From the NCBI GenBank assembly GCA_963706325.1, contig CAVPLT010000001.1, forward strand, positions 224,001 through 288,000: a DNA stretch of 64,000 nt. Direction: 5' to 3'. The notes below the pieces were generated by a model. It made no database searches. It was given only the letters and a program-made list of their open reading frames with translations, and was not told the origin of the DNA. The DNA comes from an uncultured Nitrospiraceae bacterium. GTDB taxonomy: Bacteria > Nitrospirota > Nitrospiria > Nitrospirales > Nitrospiraceae. Made by a program: the position numbers and the translations under genes. Shown here piece by piece: positions 61,729 to 64,000 of the stretch; the stretch's first letter is position 1, and the number at the start of each line of letters is the position of its first letter.

Positions 61729-63048
61729 ATGCATATCAGCGTGATTGGAACGGGTTATGTCGGCCTGGTGACCGGTGCCTGCTTCGCAGAATTCGGCGTG
61801 AACGTGACGTGTATGGACACCGATTCACGCCGCATCGCTAAGCTTGAGAAGGGCGAAGTCCCATTTTTCGAACCGGGCATCACCGAACTTGTCGCCAAAG
61901 GCATCAAAGAAGACCGCCTCCATTTCACCACCGACGTCGCCAAAGCAGTAGACAAAGCGCTCGTCATCTTCATCGCCGTGGGAACCCCTCCGAAATCGGA
62001 CGGATCAGCCGACCTGTCCTATGTCGAGGAAGTCGGGCGCGGGATCGCGAAAAACATGACCGGCTATAAGGTCATTGTCACCAAGTCCACGGTCCCCGTC
62101 GGCACGGGGGAAAAATTGCGTGAAGTTATTAAGGCGAATCAAACCGGCCGATTCCGTTTCGACATCGTCTCGAATCCGGAATTCCTTCGTGAAGGCTCCG
62201 CGATTGAAGACTTCATGCGGCCGAACCGTGTGGTGATCGGCGCGGACAGCGAACAGGCCGTGGCGATCATGAAAGATCTCTATCGCCCGTTGTATCTGCT
62301 GGAAACTCCGGTCGTCGTGACCGATATTCCGACCGCTGAAATGATCAAATACGCCTCCAACGCCTTCCTCGCCGTCAAGATTTCGTTTATCAATGAAATC
62401 GCCACGGTCTGTGAAAAAGTAGGGGCCGACGTGCAAATGGTCTCCAAAGGAATGGGACTGGACAATCGTATCGGAAGCAAGTTCTTGCATGCAGGGCCAG
62501 GATTCGGGGGTTCTTGTTTCCCAAAAGATTTGGCTGCACTCGTCCAGACCGGAGAACGCGTGGGGTACCCGTTTCAGATCGCAGGGGCCGCCGCCAAGGT
62601 GAATTACGAACAGCACCTACGGATGGTCACCAAGATTCAAGAAGCTTGCGGAGGGGTGAAGGGAAAAACCCTCGGTGTGTTGGGACTATCCTTCAAACCC
62701 AATACCAACGACATGCGGGAAGCACCGTCGCTGACGATCTTGAGCGAGTTGATGAAGGACGGCGCGACGATTCGCGCCTATGATCCTGCCTCAATGGAAG
62801 AGTCTACGAAGCTATTACCGGGCATGGTGCCCTGCCAGGATACCTATGACGTGGCAGAAGGCGCCGACGGCCTGATCATCATGACAGAGTGGAACCAGTT
62901 CAGAAATCTCGACTTCGAGCGGTTGAAAAAGTCCATGCGGCAACCACTGCTACTGGATCTACGCAATACCTACGATACCGATCGGGTCGTCGGCTTCGGG
63001 TTCCGCCACATCTCAGTCGGTCGTCCTACTAAGGATCCAGTCGCCTAG
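61729..63048 (+). CDS. ugd: UDP-glucose/GDP-mannose dehydrogenase
   Basis: GTGYVG, NPEFLREG, GFGGSCFPKD, FKPNT-x-DMRE. Confidence 0.95.
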   Translation: MHISVIGTGYVGLVTGACFAEFGVNVTCMDTDSRRIAKLEKGEVPFFEPGITELVAKGIKEDRLHFTTDVAKAVDKALVIFIAVGTPPKSDGSADLSYVEEVGRGIAKNMTGYKVIVTKSTVPVGTGEKLREVIKANQTGRFRFDIVSNPEFLREGSAIEDFMRPNRVVIGADSEQAVAIMKDLYRPLYLLETPVVVTDIPTAEMIKYASNAFLAVKISFINEIATVCEKVGADVQMVSKGMGLDNRIGSKFLHAGPGFGGSCFPKDLAALVQTGERVGYPFQIAGAAAKVNYEQHLRMVTKIQEACGGVKGKTLGVLGLSFKPNTNDMREAPSLTILSELMKDGATIRAYDPASMEESTKLLPGMVPCQDTYDVAEGADGLIIMTEWNQFRNLDFERLKKSMRQPLLLDLRNTYDTDRVVGFGFRHISVGRPTKDPVA

Positions 63049-63069
63049 CCGACGTGCTAGACGTTGCGG

Positions 63070-63780
63070 CTAACTGAGAAGTTTCGCCGCTTCATCCGGT
63101 GCCCCCTCTTTCGGTTTCGGCTTATAGCCCATCCGATCGAGCACCTTCATAATCTTCGTCTTCAGGCGGTCGTCGGCCTCCGCGAGTGCCGTCGCGAGGG
63201 GCTCTACCGCCGGTTTCCCAATCTTTCGAATGATCTCCGTCGCGGATTGACGCACGTCGTCTTCCTCCGAAGCCAACAACGGCACGAGTGACGATACGGC
63301 CGTCCCACCGATCTTAATCAGCGAATCGTAGGCCCGCTGCCGCACATCACCCACTTCGTCGGTGAGCGCGCCCACCAACGGAACCACAGCACGGGGATCT
63401 TTCAACTCGCCGAGGACTTCCGCCGCATATTTTCGATTGAGCCAGTGGGAGTCCTTGAGATCGATCAGCATGGCGTCGGCTTTTTGTGCATTCGGATCCT
63501 TGGCGCGAATCCGGAAGCTCTTCGCGATGCGCTTGCCCCCTTCTTCGACCACACGGATCGTCGCCCCATCGCCGGGCTTGATCTTGAGAAAATCTTCGAG
63601 GGCCTCGTCGCCGACATCCAACACCACGGTCTTGCCGTCGTAGGCGAGGAGTTCGACTTCGAGCTGTTTGGCTTCAGGGTTGACGGCCACGACCCGCTCC
63701 GTCACCAGATTAAAACCATCTTTCTTGGCTCCGCCCTTGGGTCCGATCTGAATCAGTTTTGCCGGTGCTTCATCTGCCAT
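63070..63780 (-). CDS. HEAT-repeat protein with an N-terminal beta-rich domain
   Basis: RKYAAEVLG...VRQRA...VRQSA PBS-lyase-like HEAT repeats. Confidence 0.8.
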   Translation of the reverse strand: MADEAPAKLIQIGPKGGAKKDGFNLVTERVVAVNPEAKQLEVELLAYDGKTVVLDVGDEALEDFLKIKPGDGATIRVVEEGGKRIAKSFRIRAKDPNAQKADAMLIDLKDSHWLNRKYAAEVLGELKDPRAVVPLVGALTDEVGDVRQRAYDSLIKIGGTAVSSLVPLLASEEDDVRQSATEIIRKIGKPAVEPLATALAEADDRLKTKIMKVLDRMGYKPKPKEGAPDEAAKLLS

Positions 63781-63800
63781 AGAAAAGTTCCTTTATCCGG

Positions 63801-64000
63801 TTATGACGAGGTCGCCTGTTTCCATCCCAAACTCGCAAGGACACCTTCGACTGTTTCCTGCACCATCGTGTTTTCGTCTTCCAGGAGTGGGAGCAACGGC
63901 TCGATCGCCTGCTTCGCGCCGAGCCGGGCCAATGATTCTGCCGCGTTCCGCCGCACGAGCCAATCTTCGTCCTGAAGCGACTGGATCAAGGCATCGGCGC
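63801..64000 (-). CDS. HEAT-repeat protein, 5'-partial
   Basis: LQDEDWLVRRNAAESLARLG. Confidence 0.75.
   Translation of the reverse strand, partial: ADALIQSLQDEDWLVRRNAAESLARLGAKQAIEPLLPLLEDENTMVQETVEGVLASLGWKQATSS

Noticed and set aside
1..64000. CRISPR array, rRNA or IS elements
   Set aside because: No regularly spaced repeats, rRNA signatures or transposase ORFs seen by eye.

Overview
Bacterial chromosomal window of moderately high GC. Gene content and order suggest a Nitrospira-like organism (inference, not verified). Most genes are on the minus strand. In order: (i) envelope genes (partial ArnT-like transferase, PAP2 phosphatase, PD40/TolB-like propeller, M1-type metallopeptidase), a dual-receiver protein, and ftsY-ybeY-phoH; (ii) a ~15 kb type IV pilus locus with pilD, a PilB/GspE ATPase and TWO separate minor-pilin cassettes, one ending in a 1467-aa PilY1 plus an Ig-like protein and one ending in an extended PilX-like pilin; (iii) rlmB-cysS-dedA-surE-tRNA-Pro(GGG)-merR-ihfA; (iv) an aminotransferase-hom-thrC-apgM-like-lysC-cimA operon; (v) pdxJ-nnr-tsaE-lapA-like-mutS; (vi) two uncharacterised secreted proteins that look like distant paralogs, behind a promoter bracketed by a 12-bp inverted repeat; (vii) rimP-nusA-infB-DUF503-rbfA-truB-rpsO-pnp-M16 peptidase; (viii) small redox and envelope genes, including a nitrosocyanin-like cupredoxin, ugd and HEAT-repeat proteins. 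cimA, lysC, DUF503, infB and nusA carry single-base frameshifts, most likely sequencing or assembly errors. I saw no CRISPR array, rRNA, transposase or integrase. All calls are motif recognition by eye; no searches were run.
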